Assembly (NCBI GenBank): GCA_951406725.2
Contig: OX597830.1
Coordinates: 55,986,001-56,050,000 of the forward strand
Reading direction: 5' to 3'
Origin: Octopus vulgaris
Lineage: Eukaryota
DNA: 64,000 nt
A program made the translations under genes and the position numbers. The notes under the pieces were generated by a model. It did not search any database. It was not told the origin of the DNA and saw nothing but the letters and a program-made list of their open reading frames with translations. How positions within the stretch are numbered: position 1 is the stretch's first letter; the number at the start of each line of letters is the position of its first letter. Shown piece by piece: positions 1 through 15,100 of this stretch.

Positions 1-314
1 CAGACCACAACTGGTATCAATACCATATTTTATCTGTCTCAGAGGAATGGTAAGGCAAAGCCAACCTTTGGTGATATCCCATAGTCAGCAGGATCAGAAA
101 TTTGTAGGAATAGAGTTTAACCACTTAATCTGACATGAGTATATTACGGGGAGAGAAGGCAAAGTTGACCTCTCTTGGGAAAGGAACCCAGAACATGGAG
201 AGACAAACCTAAATATTGTAAAGTCAATTTTAGGGCCTCATTTTACAATTTCTGCCAACTCCCTAACAACATTAACAATATTACTATTATTATCAATAAT
301 AATAATAATCATTA

Positions 315-396
315 TCACAGTTTTCGGTTTCGTTTCGCTTCTTCACCAATTATAGTAGTTTTTCTTTTTCTCATTCCGGAATCTGGAAGATTCAAG
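315..396 (-). CDS. TOPBP1: TopBP1 coding exon 41 (bipartite NLS, stop codon)
   Basis: [27 protein letters not shown]; poly-T tract with aag acceptor. Confidence 0.87.
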
Positions 397-3300
397 CTTA
401 AATGAAAAAAAAAAAAAAATCAATATTAATATCAATGAATCAATATCTGTTGGCAACCTATTACATTAACTATACAAGTGCTAGCTCTGCTTACAATGGT
501 GAAATACACGCATACATACACACATCACTTCGCATATAACACACACACACACACACATATACATCTAGGTAAACCTGGATGTTGAGCAGTAGGACCTCAG
601 ATGTTCTACGTTTACTATCCTCAGCTCTCACTTCATTTCATGGTCCTCTTTGATATTTGTAGTGGTAGTGGGGAGGCACATGACTTAGTGGTTAGGGTAT
701 TTAGCTCATGATTGTAAGGTTGTGAGTTTGACACCTGGCAGTACATTGTGCATGCAAAAGGTTAAAAGCTATATTTACCTGGCTCTTAAAGCAATGACTT
801 CAGGAGGACAAAATTCATCAGGTGACTGTAGTACTTCATTTGAAAGGTAAGCAGCAATATAATCAGGACGGAGACAAAGTACATTGTTTCGCAATAAGGT
901 TTCTAAGTCACTCTGTGAAGATAAACAACAGATATATTTTAGAATATGACACACACACTCTCCCTCTCTCTTGTATATATATATGAAATCTTAAAAGGTG
1001 TACTGTGTAGTGTTTACTTAGTATATATTGGGTGGTATATTTGAATCCATAGGTTATATTTTCTGTGGTATGTCCTACAAAACTAAGACCCAATAATGTG
1101 AGTTACACCATTCAATGTGAATGTGTGTGTATAAATGGATGCAGGCATAGCTGTATGGTTGAGAAATCTGCTTCCCAACCATGTGGTCTCAGATGTAGTG
1201 GTACTTTAGGCAAGTGTCTTCTACTATAGCCCATGGCCAACCAAAATCTTGTGAATGGATGTGGTAGACAAACTGAAAGAAGCATGTCATATGTGTGTGT
1301 GAAACCTTGTTCTGACATTATATGATGGTTGTAAACAGGGCTGTGGGAGTCGGAGTCAGTAAAATAGACCACAATCACTTATTTACATAGAGGAGTGAGA
1401 GTTGGAGTCGAAATTTTTTGTTTTGACTCCACAGCCCTGGTTGTAAACAAGCTTTAACACCATACAAGCAATGTTTCTTGCTGGCCATCCATGAAAAACA
1501 TGGCAGGCAATGGTGAAATATTACTTTACCTGAAAGCAGGTAGAATATTTGGGATTAGAAAATCTACCCCAACAAAGTCCACCTGATTCATGCTTGCACA
1601 GTAAAGTGGACATTAAATGACAATGATGATGATGATATATTGATAAAAACCAACTGAGAGAAATAACTCAGAGTGACTGGTGGTATGAAATTTGAACTCA
1701 GAACATAAAGACAGACGAAATACCTTTAAGCATTTTGCCTGGTGTGCTCACAATTCTGCCAGCTTGCCACCTTATTCATTCTCAATATTATATGAGAACG
1801 TCTGTCCATGGAGGAATATTACTTTGCTTGGAAACAAGTGCGGGTTGGCAACAGGAAGGGCTGCTGCCAACCCATGCTAGCATGGAAAACGGACGTTAAA
1901 CAATGATGATGATGATGATATATACCCATAAACATATAGAACAAGCTCCTTTTCAACTAAATAGAAATGAGAAGGTAGGCAGCTTTACTTACAGTAGTGA
2001 GATCAGCTCTGGTGATATCTATAAGGGCATGTGTTGCTGAAATTGGTTTGGTAAATGGTGGCTTAGCAGACAAAACCTTGGCACCACCGGCCTTCAAAAG
2101 GCGTTCAAAGTTGCTTTCTTTCTTTTTACAAGTGCACAAAATAACAGACCAATCATAAAATGCACCTTGGCATTTTGGGCTTTGCTAGGAAAAAAAAAAA
2201 AGGAAACAAAAATTATTATAAATTGAGAATACATAATAATGAAAGTAATGATTTCTATCATTTTCATAATAATAAACCAAGCCCTGATATATGATACATA
2301 TATGTAGTAACAGAGTGATTGAAAGAAAACTATTAAGGCAATGGAATATACTCCCCACTTTTTTTTCTCATTCTCTCTTCCTACCACTCCCTCTATCTTC
2401 TACTGACCTCTGCTTATCTCTTCTTCACATTCTATTTTTCTTATGCTTTGCTCTGCTTTCTTTGCTCCATTTAACACATAACTTTCTACAGACTCTTCAG
2501 CTTCTGTTTCTTGTCCTCACATTTACTTCCATCCATCAGCCTAAATTATATCTTCACTGAGTTTCCATGCCACATACACAGAACACATATTGCCAAAGAC
2601 ACATACACAGAACACATATTGCCAAAGACACATCGCATGAAGAAATTTCAACAATGGGATGACCCATACATCAACAAGAGAAACATAAAAATTGCATGCA
2701 CAAAGTGTACTTGGGAGAAACAAGGCACTGAATTTGAGGAACGATCCAAATAATTGAGATACCTGTCAGAGTTACAATGAAACAGAAAAAAAAACAGTTT
2801 CCCAACTTTCCAAAATACGCAAGCACATTGAGTATCAGAATTTGAAGCACAACACCTGCAGCTGATTTCACTCTTTGAAGTTCAAGAAGATCAGACTGCT
2901 GTACCATCTCCTACTAAAAATTTTCTCACTTAGCTCTAAATGATAAAAAAAAAAAATGAATGGATTAAAGGCCCTAATGAAAGCACTCCACTGTATAAAG
3001 CAAGTGATAGCACACTATGCCTGAAGCAACTAGACCTCCAAATTGGCCGGAGAGAGAGAGTATTCCAGTACATAATCCCTTAGTTACTGAAAATTAAAAG
3101 GTACTTAAAATATTGTATTATCATTATATTGTTGTTTAGCTCCAAATCAACTCTGATCTAAACCTATGATGAAGATTTTCAAGCCATGACAATCTTGTCC
3201 TTTAATCAGATAAAGTATATCAACGGTTGCACTATCTAATATGTCCTCTCTTGCTGTTGTTTTGTACAGGTCTATCCTGATCTAGCAGACCTATCATCAA

Positions 3301-6115
3301 CTGAATCTATCTGGTCCTTTATTTAGACTTGTGTCTCTAGGACTACATTACCTAATGTGTCCTTTCTTGCTGTTGTTTAGCACTAGCTAAGCCATGTTCC
3401 AATGAAGCTATGATCAAATGTCTTCCAGCCATGACGACACTGTTTTCATTCAGACAGACTCTAATCTCACATTACCTGGTACAAAGCCACCTCCTTCAGT
3501 ACCCTACCGTCTCAGAGGATCTTTGCCTTGCAAGTAACTTGGTGACCTTGCTGGTGCCACATAAAAAGTACCCAGTCCACACTGTAAAGTGGTTGGTGTT
3601 AGAAAGGGCATCCAGCTGTAAAAACCACACCAAAATTGGGAGTGGAACTTGGTGCAGTCCTCTGGCTTACCAGCACCTGTCAAACCATCCAACCCAAGCT
3701 AGCATGGAAAAAGGATGCTAAATGATGATGACGATGATGATAACAACAGTCTAAGGTGTTCCTTTTTAAGGACAAATTATATGTGTAGTTTCAGGGACAC
3801 TTAACTGTCCTTTCTAGCAAGTCTAGCAACCACACAGAGGCTGTTGTCAACCCTGACTCAGTATAACTGTTCAAACACAGTGAGCAACCAAGCAAACCAT
3901 TAGTATACTACTTACCTTCTTTAGTTCCTGTATTTTGAGACGCCACCTTTGTGCTGAAGCTGCTAATGTTTTCATAACTGAGTTGGCTGAGGCTAAGACG
4001 CTTTCTGTGGATACACTGCCCCATTCATGTTTAGCTTCCTGGTGATAAAACAACATTATGTGAGTATGTATACTCTCACATATACACATGTTTAATACAT
4101 CAATATTGCCTCTATGGGTGAATCATGTTTCTGGTGGCTTTTACATCCTCTACTACATACTGTATTGTGCTCCCAAAGAAGGAACAAAAGTAACTCACAA
4201 TTGGTGTTTCACCCATAGAACCGATATTCAAATAAAAATACATTGACTCTATTTTATAATATGTACTGAGTACATTACTGGATAGTAATGTACTCAATAA
4301 AATATTTCACACACACACACAGTCTTTTTATTATTGAAAGTGAAACTGAAATGTTCGTTTTGCAACTCAATTTTTATGCTACTGCAATCTTCAGGCAAAG
4401 ATCAGAGTAGTATGAAGCTCAAGTCATAAGACAAGCTTCCAATTTTTGTTTCAATAAAAAAAAACTCATATGTTCTGCATGTATTGAGCACTCCGTTCTC
4501 ATTCACTCCCAGGGTCAGTAGGGGGTGTTAACCAGGTAATAGATACCCAAGAAGAGGGATAACCCCTCCAACCAACCTCCACACCGTTTCCACCCCGCAA
4601 ATTACAATTTGGTTGACTCAAATGACACACGGCAAGACTGAACCCGAAACCAAATTATTGCAAAGTGGACTTCCTAAACACAGGCATACCTTATAGCATA
4701 GACAAAATAAACACCAGTGATAGATTAGGTTTGATTCAATTGACTATATCTGTTTTCTATGAAAATTGTTCTGGTACCTAGTCACAGGAAATAAATTACT
4801 TCACACAAAAAAAAGGGGAGGTATGAAACTTTGTTCATGAGGCCACAAGACAGAAATATAACCACAAACCTGAACAAACTTCTTAGCTCTTCGGCAATCT
4901 TCAAAGTAAGATTTATGAAGTATCCACTTCCCTGATGCCATGCAAGCCAAGAATTTTTCATTTCTAGTTGGACATCCTAAAGATAATGAAATTCAGAAAT
5001 CTTGATAAATAAAATAAAATTTCAGCTTGTGAAAAATTTAGTTAATTTTAACAGATTTGAGAAATGATGACCTAAATTCTGCATGGTTTAGCTAAAATAT
5101 ATAACACAGCTGCTATAAATACATTTAACATGGGCTGTAAAGTTTAACCCTTTAGCATTTAAACCGGTTACATCTGGCCAAAATATTCTACCTGTTTATC
5201 TTCAAACTGGCCAGATCCAGCCTCTCATACTTATCCTACAATATTATTCTAAAAATAAACAATCTTGTCATTGAAATTTCAAAGCTACAAAGTAATGCAT
5301 GACTAATTTAAATCAATGTGAATAAATAAGCATTACATTACATTTGATAGAGAAATCTGAAAGCTAACAGGTTAAACAAACTGTAATAGCTACTATTAGG
5401 ATATAGTGGAAGATGTACTGTAGACTTTAGTGCAAAGGCAGGTCTTGAAATTTGACAATATATCACAGTTGCTATAACCATGAGAGGGAACAGACATGAT
5501 TTTGAAGATATTTCATATTTACTACAATATTCTTTTCTACTCTAGGCATAAGGCCAGAAAATTTGGGGGAGGGGCCAAGAAGATTAGATCAACCCCAGTA
5601 CACAACTGGTACTTAATTATCAACCCCGAAAGGATGAAAGGCAAAGTTGACCTCAGTGGAATTTGAACTCAAAATGTAAAGACAGACGAAATACCGCTAA
5701 GCATTTCATCCAGCATGCTAACGTTTCTGTCAGCTCGCCGCCTTATATTTGCTACAATATTACGGAATATCTGATGTGAATCACACATTAATAACATGTC
5801 ACAATTGCTATAAGAACATGTTGTTCAAGGAATATGAAAGTATCAAAACTATATACAGAGAATTAAGACTAAGACTTACCAATAACAAGATGTGTACAAG
5901 ATTCATGATAGATCTGTCCTTCTATGACAGTTCCTCCAAGTTCCTCAATCAAAGCACCATAATCCACTCGTTCCTGGCAATAAATGACACATACAATAAT
6001 ATAATCTTATAAATATCTACTCTGTTAGATACTTTATTTTTCATTTTAGAATTGCCATTACCCCATTATTTTTTATCCATCATAACTTGCACTCCATCTG
6101 ATGTAAAATTGCCAG

Positions 6116-6155
<40 letters not shown>

Positions 6156-9100
6156 TCATTCATCATCATCATCATTTAGCGTGATGATGATGAATATACT
6201 AGTGGCCCAGTCTGAATGGTGCTCATACGTATTCATAAGGCACATATTGGCATCTATCGTAATGCCCATTTTCCTTACAATAAAAGTTCTTAAAAGGTAT
6301 TTCAATATTGCCTAACATAATTTAAAGGTGGTTACAGCTCTGTCTCACTTGTTTTATGCTCCCTATCCCCCTTTCTATTTGTTGCATGTATTTTTTTTTC
6401 TCTGGAGAGAAAAAGAGGTAGAGGTAGTGAGAGAGAGAGAGAGAAAGCGAGACATGTACAACCAGAGAGAGAAAGATAGTGAGAGATAGAGACATATAAA
6501 AAGAGAAAGCAGAGGTCCGTTGTCTCACTTGTTTTTTCTCTGTAACTTCCTTTGTCTCTCTCTCTCATATATTTTTTTCCAGAGAGAAAAATAGGTAGAG
6601 ATAGTGAGAGAGACATATACAACCAGAGAGAGAAAGCAGAGGCTTGGCAGCAACTTCAAAGGTATAAATGTAATGTATAAACATAGAGAAAGTTGGAGGT
6701 AGATTGAGTGACAGGTGGAGTATTTTTTTCACTCTGTAAAAAGCATAATGGTGAAATAGACAGTACGTGGATGGCTAGAAATAGGAGCCAATACACCCCC
6801 ACACCTCATTCTGTTTTCAGAAAATAAGTTATCTGCAGAATGGTCAAATTAATTTCAATGATGAAAAACCTAAAATATTATCAATTTTATTTAGTATTTT
6901 CAGCAGTCAACATACAAACTTTGCTTTTTTTAAGGATATATGTATGTGCATATATATATATATATATATTTGTATTTGTAATCCTGTAACATTTTTTTCA
7001 TTTTCTCATTTTTTTTTTGTCTGTGTTGTTGTACACATTTGCTTGCTTTCTTCCAAAAATTTAATGCTCTTATCTTAGATTTTTGGGCCAGCCAATTTCG
7101 AACAGTCTCAAGTGTAAAAGGCTGAAACTGTAATGATAATTTGGAGGCTTGACTGATAAATCTTTGTATCGTCTATCTATCCGTATGTTTTTATTGTCGT
7201 CTGTTGCGTTCTTATTCCATTTTTTTAATTTATATATACATATCGTGGCATATGTACACTTTTTGCTCACCATGTAAGTAAGTATATATATATATATGTA
7301 TGTAAATCCCAAACTAGCATCACACTAACCCTGGGACAATTTCAAAATAAATAGTAAATTACAAAATACTCACAGAAGGAGATATTCCAGATAATAAAAA
7401 GCATGGTGATTCTACCATTGTTCCAGTAGTGGCATTATCCTGGGTGTCGTCATCAGACAGAAACTCTATTGGTTGAGGGGCAGCAACAGTTTCTAATTTC
7501 TTAGACAGTGGTAAAACTGCAACAAATGAAATAAAAGTTTTGAAGAACGAAACCAATTTGTTGAAGAACTTGTGAATGTTTTAGTTGATGTATTTAAGAG
7601 AAGACAATAAAGAGAAACAGGAACTCCCAAAATATATAAGGAATTATTTACCAATGGAAGGTTGTTCTGGGGTGGATGTTCTGGAGGAGATTTTCTTCCC
7701 ACCATCATTTAACTCTCCATTCTGTAAAAGAGAGGGTTACAAGGAATTGAAATCTAATATATATCTCAAAACAGTTGTTGTTGTTGATAATATTGAAGTT
7801 TATGGTTGAAAAGCTTATTAAGGTCAAGGTTAGATTTAGGATTATTGATGTAATTAGAATTAGAGCTCAAGATAGGGTTAAACTAAACACACACACACAC
7901 ACATGACAGTCTTCTTTCTGTTTCTGTCTACCAAATTCATTCATAAGACTTTGGTAGACCTGAGGCTATAGAGAATATATGCCCATGATGCCACATGGAA
8001 CCCGAAACCAAGGGGTTGGGAAACAAACTTCTTACCACACAGCCACAACTGCACCTATTAAATATTGCAAAATAAAATTTAAACTAAAACTGAAACTAAA
8101 ATGGATAATGTGTGACCCAGGTTCTAAAATATGACCACAGCTCTCAATGAAAACAACTTACCCCATTAGTTGGTTGATCATCACAGTCTTGTTTTGTGGT
8201 TGTGAAACCCTCAAGAGGATCTTGAGTGGGACAATATGCACGCTCCAGCTGAGCAGCAACCTTCTGCATCTCTAGTCTGTAAGTGAAGGATAAGATGTTA
8301 AATGTCAGATATGCAACGGTAGAGTGTAACATGGTAAGTAGATGATAATGGAACAAATACAGTTTGATGCAGGTAGAGATTGGCATGAAACAAACCTTTC
8401 TGTTGGATCATACCACGTAACCTGGACACTCTGTGAGGATTCCGAACCAGAAGTTTTGGATGACTGTTCTGCCGCTTTACCTACAATGGTAGATAAGATA
8501 TCCATGTTAACTGGACAGTGTTGGGGTAGATAGATAGAGACAGACAGACAGGGAGGAACAGAAATGTGTCAGTAAAGTGTTGAAAGAAAAGGTGTATCAA
8601 GTATACATGCATGCAGACATACCCATAATTTTAATCTTGATATTGGTGAAAAATGAGTGTGGTTCAGTCTTACAATATGTGTACATGCATATATATGTGC
8701 ACACACACACACATAAACAAATACATACACACTGATGCATACATAATTTTTTTCCTTTATTACAACAGCTCACACACCTCTCTCTCCCCTCCACTTCCTG
8801 TTACTCCTTCATTTATCTATCTCTGTATAAACACACACGCAAATACAAACAAAGAACATAGGACAATATCTGACATACCTGTGGCTATAACTTTGGTAGA
8901 ATATGGTGTGCTTCTGTTGTTGAGACTGTCATTACAGGAAGAATTTACTGGAAAATAAAAAGAAGCAGAAAAACACAATCACTTTTACTTCCAAAAATTA
9001 ACCATCACTGACGAGGAATAAACAACAGCAAAGTAGCTATTTGTAGCTTTCATTTACTGTCCTTCTTCCATGCTTGCATGGACTGGACAATTTGACAAAA

Positions 9101-12100
9101 GCTGGTGAGCCAGAGGACTGCACCAAGCTCCACTGTCAGTTGTAGTATGGTTTTTACAGCTGGAAGCCCTTCCTAACACCAACCACTTTACAGAGTGAAC
9201 TGGGTGATTTTTATGTGGCACCAGCACTCGCCAAGGTCTGATGTGGCATGGTTTACGTGGCTGCATGCCCTTTCTAAGTGTATATATATATCTTTGCATT
9301 ACGTACATTATATACACATGTATGTATGTGTGTAATGTAATGATACTTTTTCAAACCATTAACTATATACTTTGATCTTAAGTAAAACACAAGTAGCCAT
9401 GAAAGTGTAATTTTAAATTGTTAACAATTTAAAAGTATGCAATCTGAGTTTCTGTAAAAACAAAATTACAGACAATATCTCGAAATTAGAGGTCATACTT
9501 TACAATTTCTGCCAGCAAGAAATCCCATAACCTGAGGCAGCCGTAATGTGAAGGATGCCTTTATATATATATATCTGCATGCATGTACATGTGTCATACA
9601 TACATACATACATATAGGCAATGTATGACTTTACTCCCTTAATGGTTTTCAGTCATTCATATATGTCAACAACACACATACAAAAAAAATAAAAAGTTAC
9701 CATTACATTTCTTATTTCTCTTCTTTGACCGCCTTGAGCTGAAACGAAAAAGAAAAAATTTACTTTTATATGTGTGTATGTTGTTAATTTTCTCCAAGTG
9801 TTTTAAATTCATGATTTTAGAAAACCTAATCTGTGTGTGTGTGTGAGGGTTGTTGATCAACTGCAGTTCAGCCATGGTCCAGTTAACTTAATGATGAAAC
9901 CCATGGCTACTCCAACCATAACCACCCCATTTTTTATTCATTTAAAATCACATTATTCAATATGCCTTTTTCTTTTGTAAAATATTTGGTTGCCATTTGT
10001 AGCAAATTAACTGATCATATCAAAGCGCTTGTTATTGGTTTCATTGAGTATATACGATGCCAAAATACAAAGTGATACAAAAGCATTTGAAATGTAGTGC
10101 TTTAGTAAAAGGAGCAGAAAAAAAAAAGTTTATTCTATCAGTATTAATAATAATTTAAGTAATTAATGTAAAATAATTAGTTCAGAAATTTGTTGCAAAC
10201 ATAACTTTGCACAACTATTAAAAAAAAAAAAAAAAAAAAAAGTCAATATTTCTTAAAAATTCTGGCACAAGGCCAGCAATTTTACTGGGTGGGGCTAAGC
10301 CAATCACATTAACTCCAATGCTCAAATGGTACTTATTTTATCAATACTGAAAGGCTAAAAGGTAAAGCTGACTGCAGCAGCATTTGAATTCAGAAAGAAA
10401 AGAGTGGAAAGAAATGCTGCTAAGCATTTTGTCCAGTGTAGTAATGATTCTGCCAACACATTGACTGTCAACCAGAATTAAGAATGATAAATGTTTCCAA
10501 TCTAGGCACAAAGTCAGCAATTAATTGTTTCAAAGATAGGCACAAGGCCATAATTTTGAAGGTATTCATTAATCAACCCTTTGATACCAACTTATCTGTG
10601 ACTATCCTGGTTCTACAATACAAACTTTCTGTTAAACTTTCATGTTAGTTTATGTCCCAAACATCACCTTAATAATGATAAAATTATTTTACTAAATTCT
10701 TCATTCAAAACTAATTGAAACAAAAGCATTGTGCTCTACTAAAATATGTTAACAAAAGAATTAAATTGACACTAGGACTTGAGAGATAATTTATTTTGCT
10801 GACTCTGAAAGGAACAAAAGCAAAGTTGACTTTAGTGGGATTTGAACTCAGAACATAAAATACCAGAACAAAAACTGTAAAATATTTGTCCAATGCTCTA
10901 ATGGTTCGGCTAAACTACCACCTTTAATATCTGTTACTAATTTTGAGCTTCTCAACTAGTATTTTATTTTATTGATGATGAAAGGACAATTAATAACAAC
11001 AATGATTGTTACAAATTTTGGCACAAGACTAGAAATCTGGAGGAAAGGAACAGTCAATTATATCAACCCCAGTTCCTCACCAGTACTTTAATTTATCAAA
11101 CCTCTGTGCAATTTGAACTCAGAACAAATACCCACAAGAAATACCACGATGCATTTTGTCAAACACTAACAATTCTGCCTAACAAGACATGTAAAAAAAA
11201 ATGTTAAAAAATAACTTACCCAGAAGCTTTAATATTTTCTAGCTCTTTATTTAAAGCTTCTTGAATTTCAGCCATTTCAACAGCCTGCATATAAAAATTT
11301 CAGAAAAAAAAAAAAAAATGTGTGATTCAATTATATACAGAGAATATATCATCATCAACATCAATATTCCATGCTGGTATGTGTTGGATGATTTGACTGG
11401 ATCTGATGGACACATGGACTGCATCATGTTCAAGTGTCTGATTCAGCTTAGCTTCAGCAGCTGGATGCCTTTCCTGAAGCCAACCACTTTACATCATGTT
11501 CCAGGTACTCTTTTCATGCCACCAGCACTGGTGAGGTTGCTATGCAACTTGCAAGACTACGAACCGAGAGAGGTGGCTTTTATACTAGAAGATGATAAGT
11601 GGGGTTTCAAGTATGAAAAAAAAGGGGCCAGAGTAGAACAAGTTTCTTGCAGTAGAAGAACTATAAGGCTACTCACATTTTAGAAGAGACTGGAATGGGT
11701 GGGGTCACAGTGGAGTGAGGAAGAAACAAAACAGAGGCAATGAGGTGCTCGGGAGGACTCTCAAGGTAGTGAGTGGGGACAGAGGCACCAGGAGTAAGGG
11801 TGGGTGAAGGTTGCAAAAGAGGTAGGTGACAATTGTATAGATTGGATATGGATAAAGTTTTGATGTGGTGAATAATGGATAAGGAATAAGTGGGCAACAA
11901 CTAATGATGTATGAGTTGGAGGAGGAAGTATTTATTATCATATTTACTTTCCATCCTAAATAATGAATACCACATATTCATTTGGAAACCTTGCAGGGAT
12001 AACTGTTAAAAATTAAATAACTATATTGAAATGTAGTGCTCTAGTAAAAGAAACAGACAAAAGAAAGTTTATTCCATCAGGTAGAGAATGTAGAGAGCCA

Positions 12101-15100
12101 GAACAAATAAGGCATTTTGCCAATGGAAGGCAGTGCTCTAGCATGGCTGCAGTCCAACAACGAAAAATCAGTAACAGAATGAAAAAAATTGAGACAAAGA
12201 CCTACTCTCAGAATACTCACATTCTCCACATCAGGTTTCTTTGTTTCTTCAAGTTCCATTAATTCTTCATCAGTAGTGACAGGTAACAAAGCATTTATTT
12301 CCATCCTTTCTTCCTCTGCTTCTGGTTCAGGAACAGCTTCTACATCATGTCTGAAGACTCTAGGAGTCTTTTTGGCAACAGGTGTACTGGAACAGACATC
12401 AGTCCTAGTAGACCGCATCTTACGACGTGGTGTTTCTTTGGAGCTGTTCATAACAGATTGCTGAAATATTAAGCAAAGTATTCAAAGTTTCTAGTTCAGC
12501 AGATTTTTGGTTTCTCAGAAGAACTGTAAAAATTCTGTGGGAAGTATAACAGCCAAGTGGATAAGATTTTGGACTGTCAAATCCTAGCTTCCGAGCTCAA
12601 ATCTTGGTCAAGCTAACTTCATTTTATATTTACTTTGTTTCATATTTACTGTTTATACATATTTTCTATGTTTATATAGTTGGAATGATTTACTTATTGG
12701 AGCAATTAGTTTTTAATCTGGATATTCATCCTTGTTTTAACCATTCAATTACGTTGCAGAGTAGAACATCTTTTTTGACATTTTGGAACTATTAAATCCA
12801 AAATTTAGCAATATAATAACAAAAAAAAAAAAAAGTTGACAATGCTGTATTTTAATCTTTGATTTTCACCAGGTGTCTTATTTTTGAATATTCACATTAT
12901 AATCAGGCTAGATTCAATCTAGGAACATATATTTCTAAAACTAAGAAAGATAATAACATCATTACTTATAATCTAGAATTAAAACCTTTTATTTCAAATC
13001 TAGTTCAGTAATATATATGTATTGATTTAGCAATAAGACAGCTGATGATGATCAGAGATCAAAGCAATCAGAAAGTGGTAAAGACGTAAATATTAAAGAA
13101 TTTTCCACCTAAACATATGATCTAAATAGTCTGAAAATTTATAAACAGTAAGTGATCTCAGATATTCAGACATTTAATGGGGGTGGGTATTTAGTCTAAG
13201 CAAGCTTGGTACTTTGCTTAGGGGCACATCACATTAATGAGAAAAATCTGTAATTCAGGACTGTGTAGTCATTAATTCAAATGCCCTAACCTCACAATCA
13301 TTGAAACTCAAGTTTAAACACCAAATCAATGTCATTATAAATCTGCACCATCAGGAAGTAAAATAAAAATTAGAAAGGCCACAAAAATCAAGGTATTCAA
13401 TACTAAAAGAACGGAACTAATAATATAGTTGAATGTATTATCAAACTATTGACTTACCAAGTTCAAATTTGGATTAAATGTGTGAGGAAACAAAGACTCG
13501 TCGACGTACACATTTTGTTCTTTACACTGAAAGACATAATAGAGTAACACATTAAATTTTTCACAGGTGAGCTAGGCACAGGCATGACTGTACATTTAAG
13601 AAGCTTGCTTCCTAACCACTTAGTTCCAGGATTAGTCACACTGCATGGCACTTTGGCCAAGTGTCTTCTACTATAGCCCTAGGCTAACCAAAGCCTTTTT
13701 AGTTGATTTGGTAGATGGAAATTAAAAACCTGTCATGTCTGTGTGAGAAAGAGAGAGAGTTGCTGTTTCCTTGATTTGACATCATGTGATTGTTGTAAGC
13801 AAGTGTCAACGTCATTCAAACATCAGATAGTGTTCAAGCCCGTTGATTAGTATTTAATAACTAACTGTTTTCATTAACAAGGCCAATAACATTCTAGTTT
13901 CATCATCATTTAACATCGACTTTCCCATGTTGATGGAAATTTTCTATGGCTGGTTGCTCTTTTTGTCTCTAACTCTCACCTGTTTCCAAGCAAGGTAACA
14001 TTTCTCCATGGCCAGATATATTTTTTGCAGAAAACTAAAAATGATCAACACTGCTTGTATGACAGTGATGTGTTTTACAGCTATCATGTAATGTCAAAAC
14101 TAGGGCACACACAAATATACATATGTGACAAGCTTCTTTCAATTTCTGCCTACCAAATTTAGCTACAAGGCTTCTCTATGCTTAGGACAATAGCAGAAGA
14201 CACTTGGTCAAGATGCTGCACAGTGGGACTGAATCAAAGACTTCTCAACCAGTCACATTTGTGCTTATATAACAAAATTTTATTGGACATTTCAGTCATG
14301 TTTCTGCTCACTGATAACCCAATGATATACTAATCCTGATAAAGAATTCTTTTGCATGTTTTTTTATAAGCATTGTAACTGATTTGACCCTTCTAAACAA
14401 CCCAGCACACCATCACCATTTGCCTGAACACCCCAAGAAGTATCACTGCTCACATTAATAATCACAGCTCTAGATCCTATGAACATTGGACACAATTTTT
14501 CTTTCTTAAAACAATATTCTGCTGAAACTCATTCTCCAAACCTATTTCCACCCACTACCAAGAACCAACAAGCCAGCCTCTATGTGGCCAATTCATCTGT
14601 TAGAAGTGACAAATGCTTTAGTATTTAATCAGGGAATACCCGGCCCAAATATTCATTCATTTTATGTTACAATTGATCAGATCCAACCTCTCACACCTAC
14701 CCTACAATGTCATTCTAAAAATATACAAACACCACTGAAATCTTGAAGCTACATGGTAATAGGTAATTCAAAATAATGTGAATAAATAAGAAATACATTT
14801 GAGAAAGAAAACTGAATGCTAAAAGATTATATTACATCCTAGCATCATCAAAAAGGACATAAGAGTTGATTTTCTGTATCTGAATAAACAGCAAGATGGT
14901 TATGGTTGGAACATCTCTAATCATATGTTTACTGGGCTAAACAATAGCAAAAGTAAACCTATCAACTACTGATGATGTTGAAATCTCTTATTATAAAAGG
15001 CAGATTTTATCTGCCTCCCTTTGTAAGTTATAGAAATCTACAATATAGGATTTCTTCAATTACAATTTACCTAGCATTTTTAAGAGTAGAATGCATTGGG

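Noticed and set aside
7095-7135. Possible third hammerhead (tcgaaca-gtct..aggc-tgaaactgta)
   Set aside because: The core deviates at conserved positions and no stem I can be formed.
12189-12464. Plus-strand ORFs overlapping exons (also 8342-8533 and 43099-43296)
   Set aside because: Antisense shadows of TopBP1 exons with no independent splice or homology support.
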